Part shown: piece by piece, positions 45,264-55,500 of the stretch
How the letters are laid out: each line of letters starts with the position of its first letter
Numbering within the stretch: the first letter of the stretch is position 1
Assembly: GCA_947573445.1 (NCBI GenBank)
Contig: CANPFR010000001.1
Span: 86,984-150,983 of the forward strand
Direction of reading: 5' to 3'
Source: an uncultured Clostridia bacterium
GTDB lineage: Bacteria; Bacillota; Clostridia; TANB77; CAG-508
Length of the DNA: 64,000 bases
Program-made: the position numbers and the translations under genes
The notes under the pieces: generated by a model
Told to the model about the DNA's origin: nothing
Seen by the model: only the letters and a program-made list of their open reading frames with translations
Database searches by the model: none

Positions 45264-46382
45264 CTAATTAATCGTCCAACCCTTATTCTGTCCAATCGCC
45301 AACTCCTCATCTCTCAACTTCGCCAAATTAACACCTCCCAGCGTAATTGTATGCGTATTCCCATCATCAGCATAATCATACAAAGCATTCAAAATTCGCA
45401 TCAACGTATCATAATCAAGAGCATAACAATCATTAAAATTCAAATTTATCTTAATACTTCCAACAATACTCCTTATCTCCCTCAAGCAAAAACAACTCAA
45501 AAACACATTCGTATTCAAACTTTCAGCCACAGCACCATCAAAACTGATTCCATCAATCACCTGCAAATTATAATCTCCATTAAAACAATTCTTAAAACTT
45601 GTACAATTTACAGTATTCAACACAGGTAACCTCACCAAATTCTCTGACTGAAAACTCACACTACTATACACACTATAATCATTCAACCCAATAAGCTCAT
45701 TTATATCTTCACTCGACAACTTTCCAAAACCATGTTCCACACAATCAAAAACACTATCCTCCACAAAAACCTTCTCTATAAACTGTGGTAACTGTAACTT
45801 CTCAACATGACAATTCTTAAACTTCAAAGCCTGCAAATATGTCATCTGCGGATAAGTATACCCCCAATTGCCTGAACTTTGATTCGTATTCTCAAATATC
45901 GCATACAACGCATACTTAAAACTACCCCTCCAAAGAGACCAATTAAAATTAGTTGTATCATAGTAAAAAATCATATATCTCGTTTTATATCCCAAGCCAC
46001 ACTCCTTATCCTTACCTCTATCCCAAAAATGCCTAAACACTTTATCCGTATACTCAACTCCATCACTTGTCCTACACTTCCTAAAATTACCAAACGGACT
46101 TCCTCCTCTATCCGTAACTTCTGTCATATCCTCAGCATCCCTCATCAACACAATAGCCTTCGCTGGATATTCCTCCCTATCATTCGCCAAAACCTCATCA
46201 ATATCAATCCAATCCTCCTGCGGTCTCCAGCCATCACCAGCCTCCTGCGGAATCCCTGCAATCGTATCAGCCAAATTACTACTATTCTGCACCCCTGGCA
46301 AACTAGCCCCCTTCTCTTCCACTTTACTGTAAGCATTCGCAATATTACCCTTAATCCTTGCAATCTCACTCACTACACTCAT
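45264..46382 (-). CDS. putative tail fibre / receptor-binding protein
   Basis: N-terminal IARIKGNIANAYSKVEEKGASLP segment. The C-terminal part shows F-x-x-C-x-x-L periodicity suggestive of BspA-type LRR (tentative). Confidence 0.6.
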   Translation of the reverse strand: MSVVSEIARIKGNIANAYSKVEEKGASLPGVQNSSNLADTIAGIPQEAGDGWRPQEDWIDIDEVLANDREEYPAKAIVLMRDAEDMTEVTDRGGSPFGNFRKCRTSDGVEYTDKVFRHFWDRGKDKECGLGYKTRYMIFYYDTTNFNWSLWRGSFKYALYAIFENTNQSSGNWGYTYPQMTYLQALKFKNCHVEKLQLPQFIEKVFVEDSVFDCVEHGFGKLSSEDINELIGLNDYSVYSSVSFQSENLVRLPVLNTVNCTSFKNCFNGDYNLQVIDGISFDGAVAESLNTNVFLSCFCLREIRSIVGSIKINLNFNDCYALDYDTLMRILNALYDYADDGNTHTITLGGVNLAKLRDEELAIGQNKGWTIN

Positions 46383-46385
46383 CCC

Positions 46386-47267
46386 TTACACCTCCTTCAA
46401 CAAATCTTCAATATTTCCCAAATCAGCACTCAACCTTTCAACATCAGACACACTCGCCTTATCATCCAAAGCCATCTTAATCACCTTATTCTGCACAGGA
46501 TTCTTACTCTCATCACTTAAAAAATCATCTATCGTTGTCACATTAACTACATTGGGATCAATCACATCCAACTCCACCATCGTTCCAATCACATCCAGAG
46601 GTTTCACCAACACAACACAATTCCCCTCAACCACATACTCACTTCGACACAATCTAATCCCATTCACATACACATCCACACTACAATCCTCATGATAAAC
46701 ATATGGCAACTCAAACCTACTTTCCGCTTCATTCACCGTAACATAACTCTTAACCATCCTCTTATAGCCACCACTACCACCAAGAGACTTCAGCCACTCC
46801 GCCTCACTCCCTTCAAAACCATTACGAACAGCCACCTCATAAGCACTCAATCCCCTCAAATCATCATAATCGCCTTCCGCAATTCCAACCGCCTTTGTCA
46901 CAACCAGCTCCACAACAGAACCAATCACATCCAAAACTCTCGTCAAAACCACATCCCTGTCAACAACCTCATACTCACTTGGATTCAAATAAAAACCATT
47001 CACATACACATCCAGCATACACAACTCTGTATACTCACTCGGTAATCCAAACCTATCCTCATCCTCCAAAATCGTCTTATAAACTCTCCTAAATCTTTTA
47101 TAATAACTCTTCTTATCCTCCAACAACTTCGCAAAATACTCATTCCTCAATCGCTCATTCTCAACACGAACCAATTCATTCTCAATTCGTTTCTCCTCAT
47201 TCTCTCGAATATCAGACAAATACTCCGAAAAATTATCTTCCAATCGAATCACAATATCTTCCAACAT
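46386..47267 (-). CDS. tail fibre protein with internal ~65-aa duplication
   Basis: SAYEVAVRNGFEGSEAEWLKSL motif, common in phage fibres. Duplicated blocks are ...RFGLPSEY..DVYVNGFYL..SEYEVV..VLDVIGSVVELVV and ...RFELPYVY..DVYVNGIRL..SEYVVE..PLDVIGTMVELDV. Confidence 0.72.
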   Translation of the reverse strand: MLEDIVIRLEDNFSEYLSDIRENEEKRIENELVRVENERLRNEYFAKLLEDKKSYYKRFRRVYKTILEDEDRFGLPSEYTELCMLDVYVNGFYLNPSEYEVVDRDVVLTRVLDVIGSVVELVVTKAVGIAEGDYDDLRGLSAYEVAVRNGFEGSEAEWLKSLGGSGGYKRMVKSYVTVNEAESRFELPYVYHEDCSVDVYVNGIRLCRSEYVVEGNCVVLVKPLDVIGTMVELDVIDPNVVNVTTIDDFLSDESKNPVQNKVIKMALDDKASVSDVERLSADLGNIEDLLKEV

Positions 47268-47268
47268 A

Positions 47269-47622
47269 TCACACCTCATTCCTTGTTCTCGTATAATCCG
47301 TCGCCAAAACAACAATCCCCTCTAAAATTGTCCTCTTTTTTCTTCCCGAAATCAGCTCCAAATCATAAAAATACTCATAATCAGCCTGCATATCATCCGT
47401 ATCCGTCGCCTCAATCGTCAGCAATATCCTATAAGTTGTATCATTCTTCGAAACAACCTCCAAGCCATCTCCAATCTTCTTCTGAATCAAAACCTTCGCC
47501 TTATCATTACTTCTTATTGTCAAATATATTTCATCAATCGGAACATGCACATTCTCCAAAACAATATTCCTTATATACGTATCCCCTCGATAAAACTCAA
47601 AATTCTCCACATTCTTATCCAT
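47269..47622 (-). CDS. phage structural protein (BppU-N-like fold, tentative)
   Basis: FYRGDTY... and YEYFYDLELISG...ILEG pattern. Paralogous to 47938..48333. Confidence 0.6.
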   Translation of the reverse strand: MDKNVENFEFYRGDTYIRNIVLENVHVPIDEIYLTIRSNDKAKVLIQKKIGDGLEVVSKNDTTYRILLTIEATDTDDMQADYEYFYDLELISGRKKRTILEGIVVLATDYTRTRNEV

Positions 47623-47941
47623 CCTCATTTCCTCCCATCAAAGGTCTCAAAACCTCCTGTAACTCCTTAGACAACTTCTCAAAACCAACACTACCATTCG
47701 CAATCCCTTGTGCTTGATACAAACCACCATCCAGCCAAACATCCAGTTCCTTATCGTAATAAAACCAATGGCCATTCAAACCATCCTTAGAATTTAATAT
47801 AACATAATGAAAATTCCTATCCACACCAGAATCAAACTGCAACTCCTCAAAACTCCCCTTATAAACCTTCGGCGTTCCAACTGCTCCAGTCTCTCCCTTC
47901 TCTCCTTTAAAACCTAAAGAACCTCTCAAAACATCACTCAT
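47615..47941 (-). CDS. phage structural protein with short collagen-like stretch
   Basis: GFKGEKGETGAVG G-X-Y run near the N-terminus. Confidence 0.6.
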   Translation of the reverse strand: MSDVLRGSLGFKGEKGETGAVGTPKVYKGSFEELQFDSGVDRNFHYVILNSKDGLNGHWFYYDKELDVWLDGGLYQAQGIANGSVGFEKLSKELQEVLRPLMGGNEDG

Positions 47942-48333
47942 CTCTTTTCACCTCCCTCTGGAAAAACAATCAACCTCTTAGCCCCTTCATCATCATAGCC
48001 CAAAATTGTCACATTATCATTTAATACAATATCATACCAATACGTCACTCTCTTATTTTTTAGTTCAAACTTCTTCGTATCCTCTGCTGTTAATTTAATT
48101 ACTGGATACTCCGTCTTCTTCTCAATCACAAACTCTTTTCTCAAAACCTCATCTTTTGTATACCCCTTCTTAGAAACAACAATAAAAGAAATCTTATCTC
48201 CCTTTTTAAATTGGTAATTCTCCTCCTGCCCTGTTTCTTTATTTAAAATCGGGTAAAAAAAAGAAAGGTTATCCACCTTATCCCCTCTTGTCAAATAAAT
48301 TGTTGTACGATCTTCTCCATCTACTGCAATCAT
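47938..48333 (-). CDS. phage structural protein (BppU-N-like fold, tentative)
   Basis: YLTRGDK... and TYWYDIVLNDN..ILGYD pattern. Paralogue of 47269..47622. Confidence 0.6.
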   Translation of the reverse strand: MIAVDGEDRTTIYLTRGDKVDNLSFFYPILNKETGQEENYQFKKGDKISFIVVSKKGYTKDEVLRKEFVIEKKTEYPVIKLTAEDTKKFELKNKRVTYWYDIVLNDNVTILGYDDEGAKRLIVFPEGGEKR

Positions 48334-48347
48334 AAAATTTTCCTCCT

Positions 48348-48638
48348 TTATATTTCTGCCAATAAAGACTCTATATCACCAATCTTCTCATCTATCTCCT
48401 CCTTCCTATAATAATCCTCTAAATTTATTAAATCTAGTTTTTCATTCTGCTCTGTTACTTTATCTTCCAATAAATTATATTTTGCATCCAACTCCTCACT
48501 CTTCTTCTCCAATCCAGCAATCGTTTCTATCTTTCCTCTTAGCTCCCTATCTATCTCAGAAACTCCTCCTAGATTGTATTTTCTTTCGATATCTTTCGCT
48601 GTTCTAACTAAAGACCTGTCTTTTTTTGGTAAATTCAT
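48348..48638 (-). CDS. phage coiled-coil protein (96 aa)
   Basis: Heptad-rich sequence and a GGAAG RBS. First gene after the moron terminator. Confidence 0.6.
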   Translation of the reverse strand: MNLPKKDRSLVRTAKDIERKYNLGGVSEIDRELRGKIETIAGLEKKSEELDAKYNLLEDKVTEQNEKLDLINLEDYYRKEEIDEKIGDIESLLAEI

Positions 48639-48654
48639 TTTTCACTTCCTTTCA

Positions 48655-48684
48655 AATAAAAAACACCTACCTTAAGTAAGTGTC
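48655..48684 (-). terminator. terminator closing the moron cassette
   Basis: 8-bp stem (one G-U pair on the minus strand) followed by a U-run. Confidence 0.5.
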
Positions 48685-48686
48685 TT

Positions 48687-48935
48687 CTATTTACTTTTGT
48701 TCTCAACTTTCAGTTCATCTATCTTTTTTAATAAATAACAAATATACAACAATGTAGTAACTACTATAGTGATGCCAATATAACATAAAATATCTGTTTT
48801 CTTTTGTAAATTATCATTTAAAACTATCATATGTCCACCAGCTGAATCCGTTCTTGCTGAATGTGAATAAGTGATTAGTGGAATAAATAATATTACAAAA
48901 ATTAATATAATTATTGTTTTTATTTCATTCTGCAT
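48687..48935 (-). CDS. moron gene 2: 82-aa two-TM protein with HSxRTDSxGGH motif
   Basis: N-terminal transmembrane segment, then YSHSARTDSAGGH, then a second transmembrane segment. AGGAGG RBS. Very low GC. Confidence 0.65.
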   Translation of the reverse strand: MQNEIKTIIILIFVILFIPLITYSHSARTDSAGGHMIVLNDNLQKKTDILCYIGITIVVTTLLYICYLLKKIDELKVENKSK

Positions 48936-48947
48936 TTATTAAACCTC

Positions 48948-49466
48948 CTAGAAAAAGTCTACCAAAACTTTTTCTACCAATACAAAACTCTCTTGAATAC
49001 ATATTTCATATTTTTTCATATCATTAGAAAAATTTGTATTATTTTTTTCATTTATTATATTTATCATTTCATCTAAAATTAAATTACATATTTTTTCAAA
49101 CTCAAAAAAATTAGTATATTCATAAGAATCATAAATATTTTCTATCATTTGATACGCTATATCGAAATATTCAGAAATTTCCTTGAAAAGATTTTTTTCA
49201 CTAATATGAAAACTCGAACTCACATCTTCCATAAAAGAAATTTTATAAGCTTTATAAAGCTTCTTATAAAAGAAGTGTCCTTTCTTTAGTTTTAAACAAT
49301 TTTGATGTATACGAGAAATAAAATAAGCTTTCATGTATGTTACCACAGACATATCATCAATATGATTTAACCTATCCATAATCTCTACAAGTAACTTATC
49401 ATTTGAATGACATATTAAAGTTACAAATTCAATTAAAGTTATTTTATTTTTCATTACTTTCCACAC
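48948..49466 (-). CDS. moron gene 1: hypothetical protein (~170 aa)
   Basis: Very AT-rich ORF. The start is ambiguous (GTG at 49466 or ATG at 49454). No motif recognised. Confidence 0.65.
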   Translation of the reverse strand: MWKVMKNKITLIEFVTLICHSNDKLLVEIMDRLNHIDDMSVVTYMKAYFISRIHQNCLKLKKGHFFYKKLYKAYKISFMEDVSSSFHISEKNLFKEISEYFDIAYQMIENIYDSYEYTNFFEFEKICNLILDEMINIINEKNNTNFSNDMKKYEICIQESFVLVEKVLVDFF

Positions 49467-49507
49467 TTTCTATCAAAAATATAATACTGTATTTGTAATA
49501 GAAAGCG

Positions 49508-49556
49508 TGTCGAAATTTGTCGTATTTCAAACAAAATTTATCGACAAAATTCGACA
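49508..49556. promoter_or_regulatory. 15-nt inverted repeat TGTCGAAATTTGTCG / CGACAAAATTCGACA (19-nt loop)
   Basis: 14 of 15 positions are complementary. It abuts the stop codon of the giant gene and precedes the moron. Confidence 0.5.
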
Positions 49557-52500
49557 TCACCATTCAAAACTACCATCCTTCATCTCTGTCTTTCCCTTTA
49601 AAGTCTTAACAATCTTCACTTGTTCAGAACTATCCAAAGATTTTATATAACTCAGCAACGTATTATAATTCGATTTTTCTGCATTCGTATTCAAATTATA
49701 TTCTGTAGCAAGCAAGTAAATCTTAGCCGTCTTATTCAGATTTAAACCATTAATCGTATTTACAATCTTTTCCTTCTTCGTACCACTAATTGTCTTTCCA
49801 CTCTTAGTTCCATCATCTTCTTTATCTGCCTCTCTATCCGATAGCATAAATTTCAAATAAGCATCAATACTATTTCCTTTATTCATACTTTTTAGAATCT
49901 CATATTTATTTTTATTACTTTCACTAGCAATTACATTCACATACAAAGCTTCTGTCTGTTCTTTACTATATTTACTATCCACCAGCAACTGTGTCTTTTC
50001 AGAACTATCCAAAGACTGTCCTTCTTCTTTTTCTCCACTCGCCTTTAATTCTGCCAACTTCTCATTTGCCTTTACCTTATAATCCAAATATTGATTTATA
50101 ATTTCCTCAGCCTTATAATTCTTACCACCAACACGAGAATTATCCTTATAATACTCCTTCAATTCTTCATATTCACTCTTCTTATCCTCTGATTTGCTCA
50201 TAATATAATTACTATATATTTCATCCTTCTCTTTACTCGAATAATTAGAACTTTGCAATATTTGCATCTTCTCAATCGAACTCAACTGAGCTCCTTCTTT
50301 TCCAGTACTATTTCTTTTTGCTAATGTAGCCTCTTGCGTTTTATTTTTATAATCCGCATAAGTATCAAGCGAAAGATTTCCCATCTTCTCTTTCTCTCCA
50401 TCTGACATCACTTTCCATTCACCATCAACCTTATAATACTCTTCTCCACCTAAGCTTGCTGAATCACCACTTATCTTCATCTCCTCCAAATCATTCAAGG
50501 TTTTTTTCACCTTTTCATTAATTTGTGCCTGCAACTCTTTTGATTGCTTCTTTTTCTCGCTATCTGGCAAATCAGAACTTTGTACATCTCTTTTCTTCGC
50601 ATACAATTCTCCAATCTCTTTCGAGCCACTACTCAAATATTTATAAACAATCTTATCTGTATCACTTGCAAACTCACTATTATTCAACAATTCACTATTT
50701 TGTAACTCTGTATAAAAAACTTCCACATTTTTATTCTTAAGTACTGAATCCGTTATGAACTTATCACTGATTATATTATTTTCTGCATACGGCGTAGCCA
50801 TTGGTAACAAAACATCACCAACTCCTCCTGAATATTGATCCAGCACATAATTAATCTTCTTTGGACTAATCCCTAATTTATCTGCAATATATTTTGTAAT
50901 ATCATTACTCTGCAATACTTCTGAAATTTTATTGCTCAACTCATCCGTCTTCTCATCCGTTCGTTCTGCAACTGGCAATTTTTGTAATCTAGTACCTTCA
51001 ATCTCTCCACCATACCAAGCTTCATTTCTTTTTGCTTGCACAACTGGAGCAATTAAATTTTCTTTAAAAGGATTATTGGGTGCTAGATTATCTACAACCC
51101 CACTAACTGAATTTTTTGCTGTCTCTAATAAATCTTGCTCACCTTGTATATACTCTGTAAAATTTCTGCCAATTATTCCTAATGTTGCAACAACTCTTCC
51201 TTTTGGAATACGATAAAACTCGCCATCCTTTCCTTTCGGAAACAAATAATAACTATCCTTAATATAATCTGGCAAATCCTCATAATACTCCTCATCATCG
51301 CTACCACTAAGCAATAAATGATTCAAAACTGAAGGAGCCACTCCCAAAACAGTCGCCCTCGTTATCAAATTAGCATACCCCTTCACGCCATTCTGCCCTG
51401 TTATATTTCGAATTTGTTTATCCAAACCTTGCACACTCGCATTCAAAAAATTAGCACCATATCGATTAAAAATCTTTGTAATCTCTCCACCACGTTTAAA
51501 ATTCGTCGTAATTTCAGCACCATTATACAAAGCCTCACTCTTTGTTCCACCATTTTCAAGAGTTGTTATATACTCTGCGAGCCTTGGAGCCTGTTCCAAA
51601 ATTTCATTGAAACTTTTAATTTTATCAACCACTTTTTGAACCTTGCTTCGATTCGGCAAAACACCACCTTCATAATCAAAATAAGTATTACTATTTCCAC
51701 CATTACGAATATAATCCTTGTAAATTTCACCTTTCGTGCCTAACTGATACAATGATTTCACGTAATTTTTAGCAAACTCTGAAACACTATATTTCGTGTT
51801 AAAAATAGCATCCTGTATATCCTTAATCGGATTATTAAAAGAAAAACCAATCGAATATGTTGTCAGTAAATCTCTTTGTGCCTTTGATAACTTTTCAACT
51901 GGTGCCAGCAAAGCATTCGCCAACTTATCATTTCGAATACGATTAGACAACGTATCCTTTTGAAAAGCAGTATACAAATCATCACTAATCTTAAACTGTG
52001 TCATCTGTCCATCCTCAAAAATCACAAACGTATTCATACCATCCTGTGCCTTTTGAATCACATCTCCTGCCAAACTTTGAATAGCTCCTGCATCAAAATC
52101 AATACCATCAAACACTTTACTGTCTTTTCCTAAAGTTTTATACAGTTCTACACCCAATTCATTCATACGAATTGCTTTCTTAATCGCCAATGTTTGCTCT
52201 GCCATTGCCTCTTTAGGATCCAATATTTTTTGATCACCACCAGTTGCTCTTCCTAGCACATTACTACCAACAGAATTATCATCAAATATCACTTTTTCAT
52301 CAATAATATCTCGATATGTCGGAATATAATCTCCATACAAAGAACGTAATCGATTAAACATATCTTGGCTAAGCATTCCAGTATCCACCATATCTTGTAG
52401 ATTGTTTTCATTATATTTACTTACTTTTTGACTCCATTCTTTAAACTCTGGATGTTTTGTCTCATAATCTGCCACAATTCTGCTACTTTGTGGAGCAGAA

Positions 52501-55500
52501 ACTTCATCCCCATATAAACTTTTACCAGCTACAATTCTTGCTATATTGTGTTTATTCAACAAATAATCACCAAACTCTTTTTCTAAGCCTGCCTCTTCTG
52601 CTCCTTCAAATATTTGTTTCAATGATTCTCCAACTACTTCACCTTTTGAATTTACTTGTTCCTCTCCAATCGAATATTGTGCTTCATTAAAAGCATTCAT
52701 CGTTCTATCATATTTATAAGTCAGTTCTTTATTTCCAGTCTTGTTTGCTAATTTATCCATATAATGTCCTTTATTAACAAACTTTTGCATAAAACTATCC
52801 AGTAATTCTCCTGAAGAAGCTTTGTGCTTTCGTCTTTTGCTGGAAATATATCTCATCGTATCTGGTAATTCACCTGTTTCTGCCATTTCATCTATTTGTT
52901 CTGTAGAGATGTCTTTTCCCATATTATCTGTTGCTAGTTTGAAAGCTCGAACGTTTTCATCTTCATAAATTAATGGATTAGTTTGAAGTTCTGTTTTATT
53001 TAAAGTTATTTCTTTTGTTTTAGTATAATCTATATTTCTATAATTAAATCTTGTAATTGCTGTAGGATCCTCAATTGAAATAATATTTCCATCTTTATCA
53101 ATTTCATAATCAATATGTTCACTATCCAAATAATCAAATAATTCATTATTTCCTTGCAAAGAAAAAGAACTCTCGTTCGAGTTCTCTATCTTTCCACTAT
53201 TTCCTTTGTTTTCAACATAACTTGTCTGTTCGTTGCTGTTGGATGTTCTTTTAGAAACTCCAACATCTCCTTCTGTTGTTCCTCTGTTTTGAGATTGGTC
53301 ATCGAGGTCATACAAGCGTCCTCTACTACTCCCGCTTCTCTCATTAGTCTCAATACTTCCTTTACTAGTGGTGTTACTTCCATCATTTTCATCAATCCTC
53401 TCATTCAAAATATTAATTTCTGTATTATCCTTAGTTACTCCTACATTCTCCCAACTTTCAACCAACTTAACTGGAACATTTTCTATTCCCAATTCATTTG
53501 CAATTTGTAATCTATGATTTCCATTTTCTATTCCATACGTTCCATCGTTTTTTCTATAAATTTCAATCGGCTCTGTAATTCCATTTTCTTGAATACTTCT
53601 TCTTAAATCTAAAATTTGCTCATTGGTTCTATATCCGCCTCCATTATATAATGACATCAACTCTTTCGTGAAAATATTCTTTCTTTCACCTAATTTCAGA
53701 TTATTATATCCTATTTCCTGACTATTTGCAAGGCTATTTTTTTCATTTAGAACTTGCATTTTATTTTCATTTTGTGGTATAATAGTATTAGAAAGATTCG
53801 TATCACTGCTCGTTTCGGACGTTGTGTTTAGGGTTTCTACATTAGACGCAGTGACAGAATCTATTTTTTTATCATTTTTAAATTTATACATAGTTTGTAA
53901 TTCTAAATTTTTATGCTTATCTGACGTATACGTAATTACAACATTATTGCCATTAATATTCTTTTCAAATTTTATAGAAGGTTTTCCTTGTTTACTCTTC
54001 CCTGACAATTCGATATTGTCTGGATTATTTATTATATCAGGTATATTTTGAAAATCTTCTGATGTTAATGCAACTTGCCCTCTAGCATTTTCCACATCTA
54101 CATTTGAATGCTTTTTAATAGTATGTCTAATACTATCTGCACTTAAAGAAATATTGTAATTATTTACATCAATTCCTAATCTAGATTTTATTGTATCAGC
54201 AATATTTTGTTTTACTTTTCCTAAATACATCTTAAAATTATTAGGAACACTCCTTGATTGTTGAACAAAATTACTAATATCTTGTTTGCTTTCTGCAATT
54301 TTTATCTTATCACTTTTGATATTTTGTATTTCTTTTTGCGAATATCCGTTAAATTCATTAACCTTTTCAATATCTTGCTCCATATTTGCATTTTGAGTAA
54401 TTTTATTTTCTTGTTCAGTAATTTTTTCATTGTTCTGTAAAACTTCGTTATCTTGCAATCTCATACCTTCATTTTGTAAAATCTGCTCTGACACATCTTG
54501 CATTTTATTATCTAACTGTTTATTTGTATTCAATTCTCTTTGCAATTCATTTACTGAAGAATTTTTATCAATAAACAAATTAGACGTTTCCCCATTTTGT
54601 TTTTTAATCATAATATTATTATGATTACTCTCAACTCCATATCTATTAGCAAGCATATTAGCAATTTGATTTTCTTCTTGTCTATTGCGTTTTACCAATT
54701 CATCTTTTCTGTTTTCTTGTAACTTTGTTTCCTTTATCTCCTCTATATTATTTTTATTATTCAATTCTTGCTGTTTTACTTCCTTATAAGTGTTTCCTCC
54801 CAATCCTAAAGCATTCAAAGTAAGCGTCGTCCAAAAAGTATCAGAACTTGTTTGTTTCGCATCATTAATCACATCTTGCAAGGTTATTCCCTTTTGATTA
54901 ATCACATAATCAATCAAATACCCTGCCATATTCTCTAAATTCTCTTCCGCAATTTCTCCACCAAATTCATACACCTTACTTGCCAACCATTTCTTACCAT
55001 TACTTAATGTCGACTGTGCTAACTTATTTCTTACAATATCATCAACACTACCTTTACTAATAATATTACCACCAGTAAGTCTCTCTGTAGCCATACTAAC
55101 ACCGCCCTTAGCAATACCTGTAAAAAATGCTTTTAATTGATTGTCTTGGTTTTCATTCAGTGTATTTAAATATTCAGATGACATGACGCCCATTCCTTGT
55201 ACTGCATTAGGTAGTATTCCTGCACCACCAGTTAAAATACCTGTTGCAATAGAAGGAGCCATATTACCAATTGCTCCTGACACATTTCCAGCTGTTCTAA
55301 CAACACTATTATCAATCATCGAATTTCTTTCCTGATATCCTTTTGCTAAAAACTTACCAGTATTCACTAAATTTTCCCTATCTCTCGTCTGTGGGTTTAA
55401 ACTAGCCAACATTGTACCAGTATTTACAACACTATTCATAGCCTCATTAGGAACACCACTTAATACATGACCAATAGCAGAACTGTACCTTCCATTTTTC

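Noticed and set aside
46145-46369. Arg-rich same-strand alternative-frame ORFs (46145-46369 and 56096-56386).
   Set aside because: The composition (R/L/V/M runs) is typical of an off-frame reading of purine-rich coding sequence, and they are fully nested in longer, motif-bearing ORFs.
43547-47717. Long plus-strand ORFs in the track (43547-43930, 43958-44341, 45351-45629, 45879-46520, 46692-47045, 47283-47717) antisense to phage genes.
   Set aside because: The plus strand here is almost free of G, so TAG and TGA stops cannot occur. The products are low-complexity (P/H/S/T/I-rich), lack an RBS and fully overlap well-supported minus-strand genes.
53186-53404. Same-strand 72-aa ORF embedded in another frame of the giant gene, with a protein-like sequence (…EEQQKEMLEFLKEHPTATNRQVMLKTKEIVER).
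   Set aside because: It lies exactly in the purine-rich S/N/G/E linker, where GAA/GGA/AGA-type codons give E/K/R/G-rich, stop-poor translations in every frame. I saw no RBS before its ATG. It is only worth revisiting if Ribo-seq shows internal initiation.
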